From Thermoplasmata archaeon (lineage in GTDB: Archaea > Thermoplasmatota > Thermoplasmata > Lutacidiplasmatales > UBA184): a stretch of 64,000 nt of DNA. Location: positions 696-64,695 of the forward strand of contig JAJYEA010000007.1 of NCBI GenBank assembly GCA_021790425.1. Direction: 5' to 3'. Below the pieces are notes generated by a model. That model was given only the letters and a program-made list of their open reading frames with translations. It had not been told where the DNA came from and did no database searches. The position numbers and the translations under genes were made by a program. This document shows positions 63,147 to 64,000 of this stretch, in pieces; the stretch's first letter is position 1, and each line of letters begins with the position of its first letter.

Positions 63147-63851
63147 TCAGCTGCCCAAGAAGGGGCGGGAGGGCAAGGCGAAGAGGTGGGTTCGGAGGCC
63201 GGAGATCTCCCGGGCGGCGCGCACCTCATCCCACCCGGTGACGGAGGCGACCCCTCGGATCGATGTAAGTTGAACCAGTTCCCGCTTTCCGCGCTCCATG
63301 GCGGATCTCAGGACCGCTTCGACAGACCCCCGGAGCTTGTGGGAAGGAGCGCGGGGGAGGTCGACCTCCATCAGCCGCAGGCTCACCCCGAGACCGGTCT
63401 GGCGGGCCCGGGCGAAGAGGTTCGTCGCGTCCGCCTCCGACGTGCACATGAGATGCACGAGGCCGCCCTGGTCCAGGACAAAGCTGTGGTGGAACTCTTG
63501 CGTGAGGGTCACGAGGGCCCGGTGCAGGGCGCACGACTTGCAGACCACCGAAACCAGCGCCAGGCCTTTCGCGTGCGCGATCACGTCCGCCGACCGCACC
63601 TGGGGACGGGCACGGAGCTCCCGGATCAGGGTCCGGGGCTCGATGGGTCCGGCGGCCCTCAGGTAGCTCAACGTGAGCTCCGGCCCGATCTCCACCGTGG
63701 AAACCACCTCGAGATGCAATTCCGGGTGGTCAACGGAGAGAGCGTTCGCACACAACTCTCCCACGGGGGGATGGATCCTCAGGAGGTAGAGGCTCTCCTC
63801 CGGAGAAGGGCCGGCGGACGCGGACTCGAGGGAGAGGCAGGGCCGGGTCAT
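63147..63851 (-). CDS. Hypothetical protein, paralog 2 of the tandem pair
   Basis: Starts MTRPCLSLES and is collinear with paralog 1 (LYLLRIHPP...HPELHLEVVST...LSYLRAAG...ARQTGLGVSLR...ALPSRP). The track's longer ORF start is probably upstream noise. Confidence 0.55.
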   Translation of the reverse strand: MTRPCLSLESASAGPSPEESLYLLRIHPPVGELCANALSVDHPELHLEVVSTVEIGPELTLSYLRAAGPIEPRTLIRELRARPQVRSADVIAHAKGLALVSVVCKSCALHRALVTLTQEFHHSFVLDQGGLVHLMCTSEADATNLFARARQTGLGVSLRLMEVDLPRAPSHKLRGSVEAVLRSAMERGKRELVQLTSIRGVASVTGWDEVRAAREISGLRTHLFALPSRPFLGS

Positions 63852-64000
63852 GCTCCCCCTCCCTTCGTGGCACACCGCCCCTCGTGGGGTCCTCGCGACG
63901 GATGGCTGGCAAATCGTAGCATGCTGGGCCTTCTCTAGGAGCGGGAGGGCTGTTCTGGTATTTAGGCACACGTACCCAGGGTCCGTCACCGGATACTGAC

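Noticed and set aside
1-64000. CRISPR arrays, IS elements, integrases and prophage genes
   Set aside because: No direct-repeat/spacer periodicity, no transposase or integrase-like ORFs, and no inverted terminal repeats were seen on visual inspection.

Overview
This is a high-GC (~65%), gene-dense window that looks archaeal and probably euryarchaeal; the lineage cannot be assigned from sequence alone. Archaeal hallmarks include the thermosome, aEF-1alpha followed by ribosomal protein S10, aIF-5A with its hypusine loop, fibrillarin, smc-scpA-scpB, the archaetidylserine decarboxylase/synthase pair and an H+-pyrophosphatase. Promoters are of the TATA-box type, and ATGA/GTGA start-stop overlaps are frequent. 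About 60 CDS and two tRNAs (Ala-CGC, Thr-GGU) can be supported; no CRISPR array or mobile element was seen. Many long ORFs in the six-frame track are antisense or out-of-frame artefacts of high GC and were rejected. The most interesting candidates for undescribed biology are five:
- A 1473-aa all-alpha-helical coiled-coil protein with no nucleotide-binding motifs, encoded tail-to-tail with smc-scpAB and directly downstream of aIF5A.
- Three tandem paralogous genes sharing an N-terminal signal/anchor plus an A-D-[VM]-[VI]-[LS]-[TS]-Y motif, followed by a proline-rich membrane protein; this could be a novel pilin-like or surface-filament locus.
- A complete PHA-granule operon (AbrB-like regulator, phaB, phasin-like, phaE, class III phaC, crotonase), a system best known from haloarchaea.
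- An SMC gene whose conserved N-terminus has ACG where the initiator Met is expected.
- A bacterial-style lipid cluster of an AGPS-like FAD oxidase, a GlpA-type G3P dehydrogenase and a YegS-like lipid kinase.
Three very large, heavily N-glycosylation-sequon-rich surface proteins with two distinct repeat families are also present, one of them fused to a YVTN beta-propeller. Some coordinates derived by hand may be off by 1-2 nt.
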